Positions 1 to 12,555 are shown, numbered from the stretch's first letter. The stretch is DNA of 64,000 nt from Octopus sinensis (GCF_006345805.1 NC_043001.1:22506001-22570000), one strand, 5' to 3'. Notes: generated from the letters alone by a model not told the origin. Numbers and translations: made by a program.

Positions 1-444
1 TGAGGAAATTAAGAGAAGCTATCAAAATCAAGAGGCGGGGCAAGATCAGCAAAGACATCCTCCTCCTGCAGGACAACGCTCCGGTCCACAACTCGCTTGT
101 CGCCAGATCAGAAGCACAGGCGTGCGGCTATGAACTCCTCCCCCACCCCCTACTCTCCTGACCTTGCACCCTCTGATTTTCACCTCTTCCCAGCCATGAA
201 GTTGTTTTTGAAAGGAAAGCGTTTCCCAAATGATGCAGCCTTGATTTCTGAAGTCACGTCGTGGTTGGCGGACCAAGCTGGGGTCTTCTACAAAAACGGT
301 CTCCAGAGCAGCATGAAACGATGGGAGAAATGCGTAACTCTGGGTGGTTCCTATGTAGAGAAAGACTAATAACTGTGCAAAGTTTCGTTGCTCTACTGCT
401 ATGGGAAGTGGGTCAGGGGCATTACTTATTGAACGTCCCTCGTA
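1..444 (+). mobile_element. mariner (DD34D) transposon 3' half with TIR and TA target site
   Basis: LLQDNAPVHN...HP(P)YSPDLAPSDFHLF...KRWEKCV..GGSYVEKD*; 34 residues between the catalytic Ds after repairing a frameshift in the C-run at 147-150; ends attacttattgaacgtccctcg+TA. Confidence 0.92.
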
Positions 445-1075
445 CCACTTTGACTAACATCACTTTGTCCACGTCTTTTTGTCCGATATTTTTTTTTGTT
501 CAATGACTTTTTGTCCAATCTATATATATAAAGCTGAAGTTGTCTGTGTATGGCAGGTTTGGTAGCCTTCAACTAACACTATCTCCTCTGAGACCCTGCG
601 GCGCAAGTTGACCAAAATTGATAGTATGAAAGAAGAAAGCTTGCTCTCTTCAAATCGGACCATGTTAACACCAAAAATTATTTCAATCAAAAGGTGCTTT
701 TTTTCTATGAAAATCCCTATTTTTTTACGATTTTTTGACTGCTATGTCGCCATTTTATGGTGTATTTCAACCTGAAAAACGTTCACTTAAAGAAATTAAC
801 AAGCTACATAATGCAAAATTTTTACTTTTCAAAAATTCCAATTCTAAAGGGTCGTAAAGAAAACAAGCCCGAGCAACGCCGGGTTATACTGCTAGTTTTA
901 AATAAATTCTTTAGAAAACAAGGTGAACATCAAAATCAAATAATCATTGAGAATTTTATTGATAGGATTTGTCGTTGGACATAAAATTCATCGGACAAAA
1001 AGACGTCGTGCGAAAAGATGTGGACGAAAAGACGTTAGACGAAGTGACGTCGGACGAAAAGGCATAGCACCATAA
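445..1075. mobile_element. Foldback/MITE-like element with subterminal ~15-bp repeats (ggacgaaaagacgt), interrupted by a Helitron
   Basis: Left gtccacgtctttttgtccga... is the inverse of right tcggacaaaaagacgtc...ggacgaaaa repeats. Confidence 0.5.
519..895 (+). mobile_element. Non-autonomous Helitron
   Basis: A|TC 5' end, CCCG-agcaacgc-CGGG hairpin 868-883, CTAG|T 3' end. Confidence 0.85.
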
Positions 1076-1189
1076 CGGTGTTGGAAATATGTGAAGCTGT
1101 TAATAATGTAGACTAAATTAGAAGAAATTTCAGAAGTTCTTCCATTTACTACGCAGATGTTAGACGATCTAAAAATACATCGTTTTAGT

Positions 1190-1338
1190 AGTGGAGGCGC
1201 GTGGCTTAGTGGTTAGGGTGTTAGCACCATGATCGTAAGATTGTGGTTTCAATTCCTGGACCGGGCGACGCATTGTGTTCTTGAGCAAAACACTTCATTT
1301 CACGTTGCTCCAGTTCACTCAGCAGGCAAAAATGAGTA
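1190..1338 (+). mobile_element. tRNA-derived SINE family C (5' part)
   Basis: A box TGGCTTAGTGG, B box GGTTTCAATTCC, then ttgagcaaaacac; same family recurs elsewhere in the window. Confidence 0.75.
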
Positions 1339-1359
1339 TATTATATGGACTTAACATTT

Positions 1360-1755
1360 AGTGGAGGCGCAATGGCCCAGTGGTTAGGGCAGCGGACTCG
1401 CGGTCATAGGATCGTGGTTTCGATTCCCAGACCGGGCGTTGTGAGTGTTTATTGAGCGAAAACACCTAAAAGCTCCACGAGGCTCCGGCAGGGGGTGGTG
1501 GTGATCCCTGCTGTACTCTTTCACCACAACTTTCTCTCACTCTCACTCTTACTTCCTGTTTCTGTTGTACCTGTATTTCAAAGGGCCGGCCTTGTCACTC
1601 TCTGTGTCACGTTGAATATCCCCGAGAACTACGTTAAGGGTGCACGTGCCTGTGGAGTGCTCAGCCACTTACACGTTAATTTCACGAGCAGGCTGTTCCG
1701 TTGATTCGGATCAACCGGAACCCTCATCGTCGTAACCGACGGAGTGCTTCCACAT
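1360..1755 (+). mobile_element. tRNA(Arg)-like SINE family B (resembles octopus OR-type SINE)
   Basis: tggcccagtggttagggcagcggacTCGcggtc...ggtttcgattccc head plus unique body; second copy at 2688-2960. Confidence 0.78.
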
Positions 1756-1902
1756 CGTTTTAGTTCATAATGTTGATTAAAAGCAATAAGACTACGTATG
1801 AGCGACTTCTTGACGAACTATCTAATACCAACAATATGCAATATATTGGGGTCTCCATATATATGTAACTCAAAATATAAACAATAACAAACCATAGAAT
1901 AA

Positions 1903-2328
1903 GGCGTAAGAGTGGCTGTGTGGTAAGTAGCTTGCTTAGGAACCACAAGGTTCCGGGTTCAGTCCCACTGCGTGGCACCTTGGGCAAGTGTCTTCTACTA
2001 TAGCCTCGGGCCGACTAGAGCCTTGTGAGTGGATTTGGTAGACGAAAACTGAAAGAAGCCCGTCGTATATATGTATATGTATATATATATGTGTGTGTGT
2101 GTGTTTATGTTTGTGCGTCTGTGATTGCCCCCCCCCCAACATCGCTTGACAACCGATGCTGGTGTGTTTACGTCCCTGTAACTTAGCAATTTCGCAAAAG
2201 AGACCGATAGAATAAGTACTAAGCTTACAAAGAATAAGTCCTGGAGTCGATTTGTGGACTAAAGGCGGTGCTCCGGCATGGCCACAGTCAAATGACTGAA
2301 ACAAGTAAAAGAGTAAAAGAGCAAAAGA
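1903..2328 (+). mobile_element. tRNA-derived SINE family A (CORE-like ccttgggcaagt box, internal (TA)n(TG)n, (GTAAAAGA)n tail)
   Basis: One of about 15 near-identical ~400-bp copies in the window. Confidence 0.9.
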
Positions 2329-2659
2329 ATAAGATGAAGCAAAACTAACAGTAAGATGGAAAATGATGTTCCACTTAATTTATATTTGAAAAGATTTCTC
2401 CACACTTTTTTTTTTGTAATTGCAAAATCTCTGATCAGATCCTCACACTATGACACTATGAACGCTTCAAAATTATATTTCCAATCACATAAACCACTTC
2501 AAATATTATATCAGCAAGTTTAAAAGTAATTTCTTTTGTGGCGTAAACCATTTACCATTTCTGTGGTGCTCCACTTTCCCTTGATGTCCTAAGCACATGC
2601 TTATCCTGCTTAATGATTTATCCAGTGCTGAAGCAATGTTAGGTAAGTGCTTTTTTAAA

Positions 2660-3152
2660 TACTCTTACTCTCTTTTACTTGTTTCAGTCGTAGGATCGCG
2701 GTTTCGATTCCCAGACCGGGCATTGTGATTGTTTATTGAGTGAAAACACCTAACAGCTCCACGAGGCTCCGGCAGTGGGTGGTGGTGAACTCTGCTGTAC
2801 TCTTTCACCACAACTTTCTCTCACTCTTTCTTCCTTTTTCTGTTGTACCTGTATTTCATAGGGCCAGCTTTGTCACACTCTGTGTTACGCTGAATCTCTC
2901 CGAGAACTACGTTAAGGGTACACGTGTCTGTGGAGTGCTCTTCCACTTGCACGTTAATAAATGAGCTGCGACGTCACTGGTGCCAAGCTGTATCGACCTT
3001 TGACTTTCCCTTGGATAACATCGGTGGCGTGGAGAGGGGAGGCTGGTTTGCATGGGCGACTGCTGGTCTTCCATAAACAACCTTGCCCAGGTGCCTCGGA
3101 GGGTAACTTTCTAGGTGCAATCCCATGGTCATTCATGACCGAAGGGGGTCAC
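2660..3152 (+). mobile_element. Chimeric run: antisense SINE A tail stub + 5'-truncated SINE B (2688-2960) + SINE C 3' part (2962-3152)
   Basis: Direct similarity to other copies in the window. Confidence 0.7.
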
Positions 3153-4028
3153 AACACGTTTGAGTATTACATAGAAAATAAAACCCTGTTTCACTTGCGT
3201 TCTAAATATTCCCAGGAGAATATTCAGTAATAATTTTTTCATCATTCTATTTTATTTCACATTTCAACAGTTCAACTCATAAGAAAACAAAAAGATCTGC
3301 CATTGTAATCCTCGCTATGAATGTGCTGTACATAATATTCTCTCGCAGACCGCCTACCCATCACCGTTATGGTGTGAAAGTTTCTTTATCCATTTCTTTT
3401 TCAAACTCTTCTGCTTTTCGACTAATTAGCGGTCCATTAATTGCGAAATATTTTCACGAACATTTCCAGCAAAATTTCATTGCTGATTCATTTTATCTTT
3501 GCTAGACCATACTTTCTTACGATATATGTCCAGACCAGTTTGTAAGTGCTGAAATTAAGAGAAAAATTATTTTGGCTAACTTACCGTAGTTCACCAGTAT
3601 TTTAATTATTCTTACAGAAAAAATATTTACGGCTGTTATTTATTTCTATCATCATGATAAAGGAATGTTTAGCGTTCCTAAAGAATAAAGTAAGAAGTTA
3701 TCGAGTGCAATAAAAACTGTAAATTTCTTAGGATGTGCATGTTTTGAGCATGCTAGATTACAGTCTGCCTTTCGCATGCTGATAGCAACACATTTTCCCG
3801 AAGCCTTTGATTATTTTCTTTCTTTTAGCTGAAAAGGGGAATTTTTACCCGAAATATTATTGGATCACTAAACATCCTATGTAAAGTAAAGAATGTCTTT
3901 TATCTTTGTTTTCATTCATTGACATTATATTACATATTTTGCTTAAATCCTCACCGGCAATGCTCAAAGATTTTTGCGAACATCTAAATTTCACATATTG
4001 CGTTGATTCAAAGAAAATACAACACTTT

Positions 4029-4060
<32 letters not shown>

Positions 4061-4090
4061 TGTATGTATGTATGTATGTATGTATGTATA
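4029..4090. repeat. (TATG)n microsatellite
   Basis: Seen directly. Confidence 0.95.
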
Positions 4091-4099
4091 CATATTCAC

Positions 4100-4272
4100 T
4101 TTTACTCTTTTGCTTTTTTCAGTAATTTGACTGAGGCCATACAGGAGCACCGCCTTTAGTCGAGCAAATCGACCCCAAGACTTATTCTTTGCAAGCCTAG
4201 TACTTATTCTATCGGTATCTTTTGCCGAACCGCTAGCTTACAGGGACGTAAACATATCAGCATCGGTTGTCA
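4100..4272 (-). mobile_element. SINE A 3' fragment
   Basis: Matches the SINE A tail; breaks off at catcggttgtca. Confidence 0.8.
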
Positions 4273-4289
4273 CTAATAAGGCATATATG

Positions 4290-4912
4290 CCTTGGTAGGC
4301 ACCGTTAATCAGTTAATTCTTTTAAAATTTTACGGAAGTTATCGATAAACCGTTAATTTTTATTAAAGAAAAAAAAATTCCGTTTTTGCTCTAAAACCAC
4401 CGAAAAACACCTTTAAAAAGTGCCAAAACTATAAAATCAGCCATTTTTAGCCTTTTTAAGCGCTTTAGAACCCCCAAACTTTAGGTTTTTTGGCTGTAGA
4501 GTTTTAAAATGTTGATTTATGGTTTTAACTTTTAAAAGACCTAAAAAAACCCTAATTTCATTGTTTTGGCTTTTGTTTTAGGTTTTTAAAGGAGTTTAGA
4601 GCCAGAAAAGAGTAAAAAAAAAAAAAAACTGAAATGAAACATAATATTTGTATTAAGTTAATAAATTTTATTGATAAAGTGGCCGTAAAAAAATGAAAAT
4701 AAGAGAATTAAAAACATAATATATACTCTTTTACTTGTTTCAGTCATTTGACTGCGGCCATGCTGGAGCACCGCCTTTAGTCGAGCAAATCGACCCCAGG
4801 ACTTATTCTTTGTAAGCCTAGTACTTATTCTATCGGTCTCTTTTGCCGAACCGCTAAGTGACGGGGACGTAAACACACCAGCATTGGTTGTCAAGCGATG
4901 TTGGAGTGACAA

Positions 4913-4945
<33 letters not shown>

Positions 4946-5830
4946 CATATATATATATATACGACGGGCTTCTTTCAGTTTCCGTCTACCAAATCCACTC
5001 ACAAAGCTTTGGTTGGCCCGAGGCTATTGTAGAAGATACTTGCCCAAGGTGCCACGCAGTGGAACTGAACCCGGAACCATGTGGTTGGTAAGCAAGCTAC
5101 TTATCACACAGCCACTCCTACGCCTATATACGTAATTTAATTTTTGCTTTTCTTCTTGTTCTCCATGAGATGTATGTTGTCCTTCAGGAAAATTAGCATG
5201 TCAAAGTTTTCATTAGACGGATGATCTCTTGGCTCCCAAGATGTCCTTGCTCATAGAGAACAAACGCTCCACTGCAGCACTGGAGGGGACGGCTGTGTTG
5301 AATTTGATAAACACTTGCTCACTCAAGAAGGCAGCATCTGTCAGCAAGTCCTTGTCGTTAGTCTCCAACCAGGTCTTGACCAAATTCTGTGCTTTGTCCT
5401 TGAGTGACCTGTGGCTCCTGCGGCTCTCTTTTGGCCGTTGTTGCTGCCTCCTCTATTGCTGCTCATTTCGTCAAGCTGCTGCCTCATAGCCTCCTCGACC
5501 TTACCCTCCATGCTTTTCTTCACCTTGGTGACCATGGTATTATCATACTTATCCAATCAGATGAGGCAAAACTTGGGGGTGAAAGGCAGCAGCCAGCTGG
5601 CATTCCTCATCCTCCAGGAGGGTCTTAAACCTTTTGTCGATGCCTGCCAAAAGTGCGTCGACCAACGAGCTGCAGTAGACAAGGCCCTTGGACTTCAAGT
5701 CCTTGAGTCTGAAGATCGTCACAGCAACTTGAATTAACAGAAGTTAACTGAAGTGGACTTGAAATTAATTAGTCCAATAATGATTTCCAAAGTTTTAAAA
5801 GTTAAATCGTTAACGAAAATGTTAACTGAC
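4290..5830 (-). mobile_element. hAT DNA transposon remnant (transposase C-terminus ~5145-5730), interrupted by SINE A
   Basis: LVDALLAGIDKRF..CQLAAAFHP(K)F..; FIKFNTAVPSSAAVERLFS (hAT dimerisation motif); frameshifts and stops; gttaa-rich subterminal ends are inferred. Confidence 0.8.
4725..5125 (-). mobile_element. SINE A, full length
   Basis: Full head-to-tail match. Confidence 0.9.
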
Positions 5831-6484
5831 TTGTTTCTGCTCTATGAAACGGATAGCTCTTCAAAAATTTTGCGTGTCTGTATGGGGATAATAGGCTCGT
5901 ATCAAAACAAAGAAGCCTGCAGATGACTCTAAGTTTCAGAAAGTCATCAACGGCGTAGCTGTCCAACTAGAACTCCAATCTGTTGTACTTGCTGTGAGTG
6001 AACAGGCGAAAAAACAAACAAAATGAAAAGCAATATGCTGCAAAACCAAGTAAAATTTCAGCTTATCCACTTTGGAAAAGAAGACGCACTTAGAAAATCG
6101 TATGCTCTACCCTCGGAAAAAACCCCACCATAGTATCAAATAATATAAGAGTCTAAGGTGTAACTGTTTCCTAAAATTATCTAAAATTCCCTTATCAGCA
6201 ATAAAGTTAACATGGTCTGCTGTATATATCCTTGGATCCTTAGGACTATTCGGTCGAGAGATTCAGATACCGTTATCCATTTTTCGTCTACCTCTGCTCG
6301 CTCTCACTACACTGTAGTGTTCCGATTTTGACCAAAGTATTATGAGAATTGAAAAAACCTCAGAGCTCAATTACAAAAAGTCAATAGCAATAACAATGAT
6401 AACAATAACAATAATGACAACTATGACGATGACGATAACGATGAGGATGATAATGATGTTGATGATGATGATGATGGTGGTGAT

Positions 6485-6637
6485 TTCGAATTGTGGTACG
6501 AGGCTAGCAATTTCGGATGGAAGAGATAAGTCGATATAATCGACCCCAGTGTTCAGCTAGTAATTATTTTATCATCAAAAGGATGAAAGGCAAAGTCGAC
6601 CTTGGCGTCATTTGAACTCAGGACGTAAAGACGGACG
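6485..6637 (-). mobile_element. SINE family D (older copy)
   Basis: atcgaccccag..ggatgaaaggcaaagtcgacc..tttgaactcag. Confidence 0.65.
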
Positions 6638-6780
6638 CCTCAAAAATCACACAACTGATTTTCTTCAGCGGCACTGAGAGCCCTATGTCATCTTACAATC
6701 TGGAAAATTTTCCATCTGTATTTCCATGCCAAACTTGCTATAGGTAAGGTTACACACAAATCCTTTATGTCACGTGAAAT

Positions 6781-7262
6781 TATTCTTCTTAATCCTTTTT
6801 TCCCCTTGTGGAGCATAGGGCCTCAATAGTTGTTTTCCACTTTTTGCAGTCATTGGCGTGTTCCTTGTCTGCTTCCCATGTCAGGCCGGTGGTCTTGAGC
6901 TCGTCCAAAATGCTCCGCTTCCATGTCTGCTTCGGGCGTCCTCGCTTCCTTTTCCCCTGCGGGTTCCAGTCAAGTGCTTGTCGTGTCACATTTGAGGGTT
7001 CTTTCCGCAGTGTGTGTCCAATCCATCTCCATTTCCTTCGTCTAATCTGAACATGTATGGGCTCCTGGTTGGCCCTTTCCCACAGGTCGGTGTTTGGCAC
7101 TCTGTCGAACCACTTCAGATGGAGGATCTGCCGGAGACATTTATTGATGAAGGTCTGGATCTTCTTGTAGTTGCTGCAGGTGACTCTCCGTGTTTCAGAG
7201 CCAAACAAAAGCACATATTTTACGTTTGAACTCAATAAACGGAGTTTAGTTCGAGTTGAGTT
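6781..7262 (-). mobile_element. RTE-clade LINE, 5'-truncated ORF2 C-terminus
   Basis: TKLRLLSSNVK.VLLFGSET..RRRKWRWIGHTLRK..ALDWNPQGKRKRGRPKQTW..W; open to stop, short (GAA) tail. Confidence 0.9.
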
Positions 7263-7732
7263 GGCAGTGGACTTCTATACTGGCCGAAGAATACACATCT
7301 TGTAAACATTACAGATCTTTCAAAGCCAATTTACAAATAGGTAGACTATGAAGAAACCACCAGAATCTCATGAACTGTGTTAGATAAGGTACAGGCAATG
7401 TAGCTGAAACTTCAGAATCACTGTCAAACTTTTCCTTATATATGTGTGTGTGTATATGTGTGTGCGCGTGTGTATGAGTGTGTATCTAGAAAACTTACGC
7501 AGATGGCAACTTTAGTTTCAACGTTAACACGTGTGTTATTTTAGCTGATTACAAGTTCTAATCAAACGAAATTTTTAGCCTATCAAAAACTAGCCGTCTG
7601 CAGAGTCCATTTTGCTATATTAATCAAGTAAAAATCTAGTCCCTCTCTCTTCTCACTGGATGCCAAACTAAACCACATTATCTCTCTCTCTCTCTACCCC
7701 CTCTCATTTTTATTTCTTATTTCTTTACTACC

Positions 7733-7948
7733 TACAAGGGGCTAAACACAGAGAGGACAAACAAGGACAGACAAACGGATTAAGTCGATTATATCGACCC
7801 CAGTGCGTAACTGGTACTTATTTAATCGACCCCGAAAATATGAAAGGCAAAGTCAACCTCGGCGGAATTTGAACTCAGAACGTAGCGGCGGACGAAATGC
7901 CGCTAAGCATTTCGCCCGGCGTGCTAACGTTTCTGCCAGCTCGCCGCC
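7733..7948 (-). mobile_element. tRNA-derived SINE family D, full length
   Basis: ggcggcgagctggcagaaacgttagcacgccgggcgaaatgc...gagttcaaattccgcc head; also at 47745, 49060, 56340, 61370, 61790. Confidence 0.8.
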
Positions 7949-8448
7949 TTATTCCTGCCATTTCGCCTTATTTCTGCCATTACTCCCACTTTCTGACATT
8001 TCGCCGTTAGCCTTGGTCTAGCCTCAGCAGATTAATTTTTCCTGATTAAATATATAACGTTTACTTGATTTTTTTTTTTCATTTTATCGATGGTCATGTA
8101 TTTGCTTTAATATATTTAACTCCAGCAAAGAAATTAATGCATTGTCACGAACACGTTATACACATATAATCCAGATGACTTCGTAAAATACGAATACAGC
8201 TATGTAAATTCTTGCACACATATTTATGTGAACTGGCTATGATTATTGCAAATTAACGTTTCTTCACAATTGTATCTTAAATGTCATAGTCTGTCCTCTT
8301 TCAACCTGTTTTATCAAATCAAGCGCTTTGAAGTTATTATGGCATTTTTTCACTGACATGATCTGTCGAGATGTATTTCTGTTGGTATTTGGGAAGTAAG
8401 AGAGAAAAATATGCATAATTTACTCGAACTGTTTAAAATTTCATAGGC

Positions 8449-8990
<542 letters not shown>

Positions 8991-9179
8991 AACTTTTACA
9001 AACACCTTTCTTCATATATTGTGACTATGTTACATGTTTTCGCAGTGTACTTGTGTGTGCGTGTGTGTGTGTGTAGTTCAGGGTTTCTAAAAATTATGTA
9101 TAGGGAAATATATTTCTTAATTCCAGCATAGTCTGATTTTCACATTTATTTTTGTATTTTTACAATTTTACAGCAGTAC

Positions 9180-9930
9180 CTATTACGAGTACTTTCATGT
9201 TTTATAGAAGTAACAAAGTTATAAATAAATTTTTCCAAATATAAGCAGTATATTTTATCGTTATTAACAATCTCCGGGTAACTGTTGTGTACTTGTAAGA
9301 ATTAATAAACTGTTTAGGTGCAGCACATGTGGCAACACTTGTGCAATGATCGAATTTTCTTATAAATCGTGACGGTTTGATGAACACGGTAATACAGTTG
9401 ACATTAATCGCACTTATCCACAGAAACTGTTAATATTTCTCCAGTTTCCGAGTAAAATTAGATTTAAATCAATATTTATAGTCATCTTCATATCAATGTC
9501 CATTCAAAATGGGTTTAAGCTTCTCAATAAAATTCTTTCCTCTTTCTCTTCTTCTAACTTTACTTGAATTATAAAGTTTGTAAAAAGAGAATATTAAATG
9601 CATTTTCTTACCGTATGTTTCTAAATGATTGCTTAATGGGATCTGACGGACATTTTTGTCCCGAATTTGTTCCCTGTCTACTCGCATGCGTTCCGATGAA
9701 TAAGTTTCCTATCTGTTCTTCACAATTCGGGCATTAGATGCAGTAGAACAGATTTTTGCTCTTACCTTTCACATTTATGTTTGGAAATATTCTTCGTCCG
9801 GTTTTTGCGTTCATATACTACTGATTGGAAAATTTGAATTGACAAGTACCATATCGATTGTCATTGCATTGAATACTATGAATGTTTTTGTCTTGTTAAC
9901 AACAGCTTCAGATTTTTTGGTTGCCTTCTA
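9180..9930 (-). mobile_element. Penelope-like element 3' remnant (Zn-linker + GIY-YIG endonuclease + 3' tail with hammerhead remnant)
   Basis: QCNDNR.GTC..KTG..SKNLFYCI*CPNCEEQ.IG then MRV.REQIRD..RQIPLSNHL..FYKL..RRRE..FIEKLKPILN; stops and frameshifts. Confidence 0.75.
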
Positions 9931-9974
9931 TTTTGAATAACTGTGTAGAACAAATCCCTCCCTTTTTGTCTCGC

Positions 9975-10025
9975 TTTCTCTCTCCTCCTCTCTCTCTATA
10001 TATGTATGTGTATGTTTACATGTAA

Positions 10026-10093
<68 letters not shown>

Positions 10094-10102
10094 GTGTGTG
10101 TG

Positions 10103-10182
<80 letters not shown>

Positions 10183-10185
10183 CAC
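9975..10185. repeat. Compound (TC)/(TA)/(TG)/(CA) microsatellite
   Basis: Seen directly. Confidence 0.95.
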
Positions 10186-10187
10186 AC

Positions 10188-10439
10188 ATTGTATAAAGGA
10201 TCATGGCTAAGGCCAGAACAATGCGAAGTAAATGCAAGACAAATCACAGGAAAACAAATATATGAATTAATGTAGACTTACCTTGTATTCAATATTTCAG
10301 AGTTATGATCCCATTTTCAAGAAATTAACGAATGTTAGTGATGTGGTAAGTCTACATTAATTCATATATTTGTTTTCTTGTGATTTGCCTTGCATTTACT
10401 TCGTCTTGTTCTGGCCTTACCCACGATCCTTTACACAAT
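10188..10439. repeat. Foldback inverted repeat, 95-bp arms, 62-nt loop
   Basis: 10188-10282 is the near-exact reverse complement of 10345-10439. Confidence 0.9.
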
Positions 10440-11169
10440 ATATTCAACACAATGGTTCATAGCAATTATTCCATTTATATATGTATATATATACATATAT
10501 ATAATGTTATTTTATTCCACACGGATAGAAATATTGGGAAAATAGAAGTTGAAAATACTACTGAGAACAGTTAAAATATTTTTCATTGATATATTTAAAG
10601 CTTTAACCGGTTTCACAGTTTACACAGATTTTCAAAAAGTTTAAATAGAAAGATGTGGCTTATGTCACAGTTGTCTGGCTTCTGACTAGTGTTTGAAGCT
10701 TGGCCTATTTTTATAGGGAGTTCATGGTTCAAATTAGTATGTTTTAAATAGGATTTGATTGGTAGAGGATAGTCACATGACTGGTCTTAGAAATTTTCGT
10801 AGGCTTCCTGCTACGCTCGTGTGTTAGTATCAAGTGTGAATGTTTAGCGTAATTTAAGGCCGACATGGTTGAGTGAACATGCCCAAACAATCAATGCTCT
10901 GAATGTTTTATGTCAAGTGTTTGTAGAGAATGAACACATGATTAAGTTCATAACCTTTTGCACGTTTCCCGCTACGTCACGTGACAGTATATTTTGCGCC
11001 TAAAAAGAAGGCCGATACGGTTGAGGGAACATGTTTCGTTATATTCAAGGCACTCCAAATTTAATCTGTCTGGTGGAAGAGTGGACAGGAGACATTTGTA
11101 TGTAGTCCAGTGGTTAAAGTTTATTTCTATTTGAACTCTTTGAAAATTTGGTTTTTCAGTGTGTGTGTG

Positions 11170-11415
11170 TGTGTGTGTTTATACAAATCCAAAAAACGGA
11201 ACAAGAACGTAACGGACGACAGTGAAAACATACGGACAGATGGACGATACAAAGACGGACAAGAAAACCAGGACGGAATATTCGTGGCTTTCTATTTATC
11301 AGTCAAGCTTCTAGTTATCACTACAGTTTTGGCCTGTTACAATTGAGACTGTTCAAAATTGGTAGGCCAAGGGCATTAAATTTTTTGAAGAAAGCGGGTG
11401 AATATGTGCTACAAC
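11170..11415. repeat. Dispersed ~240-bp repeat, copy 1 (copy 2 at 12320-12560; related family at 45915-46040)
   Basis: Shared acggaacaagaacg...ccaggacggaa.attcgtggctttctatt.atcagtcaagctt...gagactgttcaaaattggtaggcc. Confidence 0.8.
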
Positions 11416-11797
11416 AGGGACAAAAAAAAAACGAGAAAACGGAGAAAATGTAACACGATTACAAATACAAACAACAAGAATAACAGGTGTCTTTCGACTA
11501 AGAGGACAAGTTAAGTTAAATTGGCGCGTGAAGTGGAAGCCTTGCGGTAACAAACATAGATGAAAGTCAGGAGACAGGAAAATAAGGTGTTGTGCGAGCA
11601 GCGGTCAGGCTAAAAAAGAAAGATCACGCTTGGTCGAGCACTGGTCACGTGGGAGGAACAAAGAGAGGTAGGGAGCAGAGAGATTGAAGAATTAGGGAAG
11701 AAACTAGAGAGAGAGGGAGAGAGAGAGAGAGGGGAGAAGGTACAAGGGAGTTAACAGAGAAAAGTAGAGAGATTAAAGAAAGAGAATGCCAAGAAAT

Positions 11798-12200
11798 GGC
11801 GCAGGAGTGGCTGTGTGGTAAGTAGCTTGTTTACCAACCACATGGTTCCGGGTTCAGTCCCACTACGTGGCACCTTGGGCAAGTGTCTTCTACTATAGCC
11901 TCGGGCCAACCAAAGCCTTGTGAGTGGATTTGGTTGACGGAAACTGAAAGAAGCCTGTCGTATATATGTATATATATATGCGTGTGTGTGTTTGTGTGTC
12001 TGTATTTGTCCCCCTAGCATTGCTTGACAACCGATGCTGGTGTGTTTATGTCCCCGTTACTTAGCGGTTCGGCAAAAGAGACCGATAAAATAAGTACTGG
12101 GCTTACAAAAGAATAAGTCCCGGGGTCGAGTTGCTCGATTAAAGGCGGTGTTCCAGTATGGCCGCAGTCAAATGACTGAAACAAGTAAAAGAGAAAAGAG
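11798..12200 (+). mobile_element. SINE A, full length
   Basis: Full match. Confidence 0.9.
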
Positions 12201-12319
12201 AGAAATGGGCGAGAGGGGGAGCGAGAAAAAGGAAGGAAGAAAGAAAGAAGAAAGTCGTACAGAATTTAGATATATACTTACAAGCTGAGCAAAAGGTGTA
12301 CGTGCGCCGCTATATGTAT

Positions 12320-12555
12320 GTATAAATCCCCAAAACGGAACAAGAACGTGAAAACGACTGTGAAAACACACAAAGACGGACAGGGAAACCAGGACGGAAC
12401 ATTCGTGGCTTTCTATTCATCAGTCAAGCTTCCAATTATTACTACAGTTTCGGCCTGTTACACTTGAGACTGTTCAAAATTGGTAGGCCCCAAAAATCTA
12501 AACTAAGGGCATTACATTTTTGGAAGAAAGCGGGCGAATATGTCCGACAACACGG

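Noticed and set aside
1190-1440. tRNA genes
   Set aside because: A/B boxes are SINE heads: no acceptor-stem closure or T-run terminator, and they continue into repeat bodies. The same holds for all other copies.
2560-2650. Possible orphan exon ending in AG|GTAAGT
   Set aside because: All frames hit stops and no acceptor is nearby.
5922-5948. GATGACT...AGTCATC hairpin / reverse TTGATGA..GAAA
   Set aside because: No stem I; a 7-bp stem is expected by chance.
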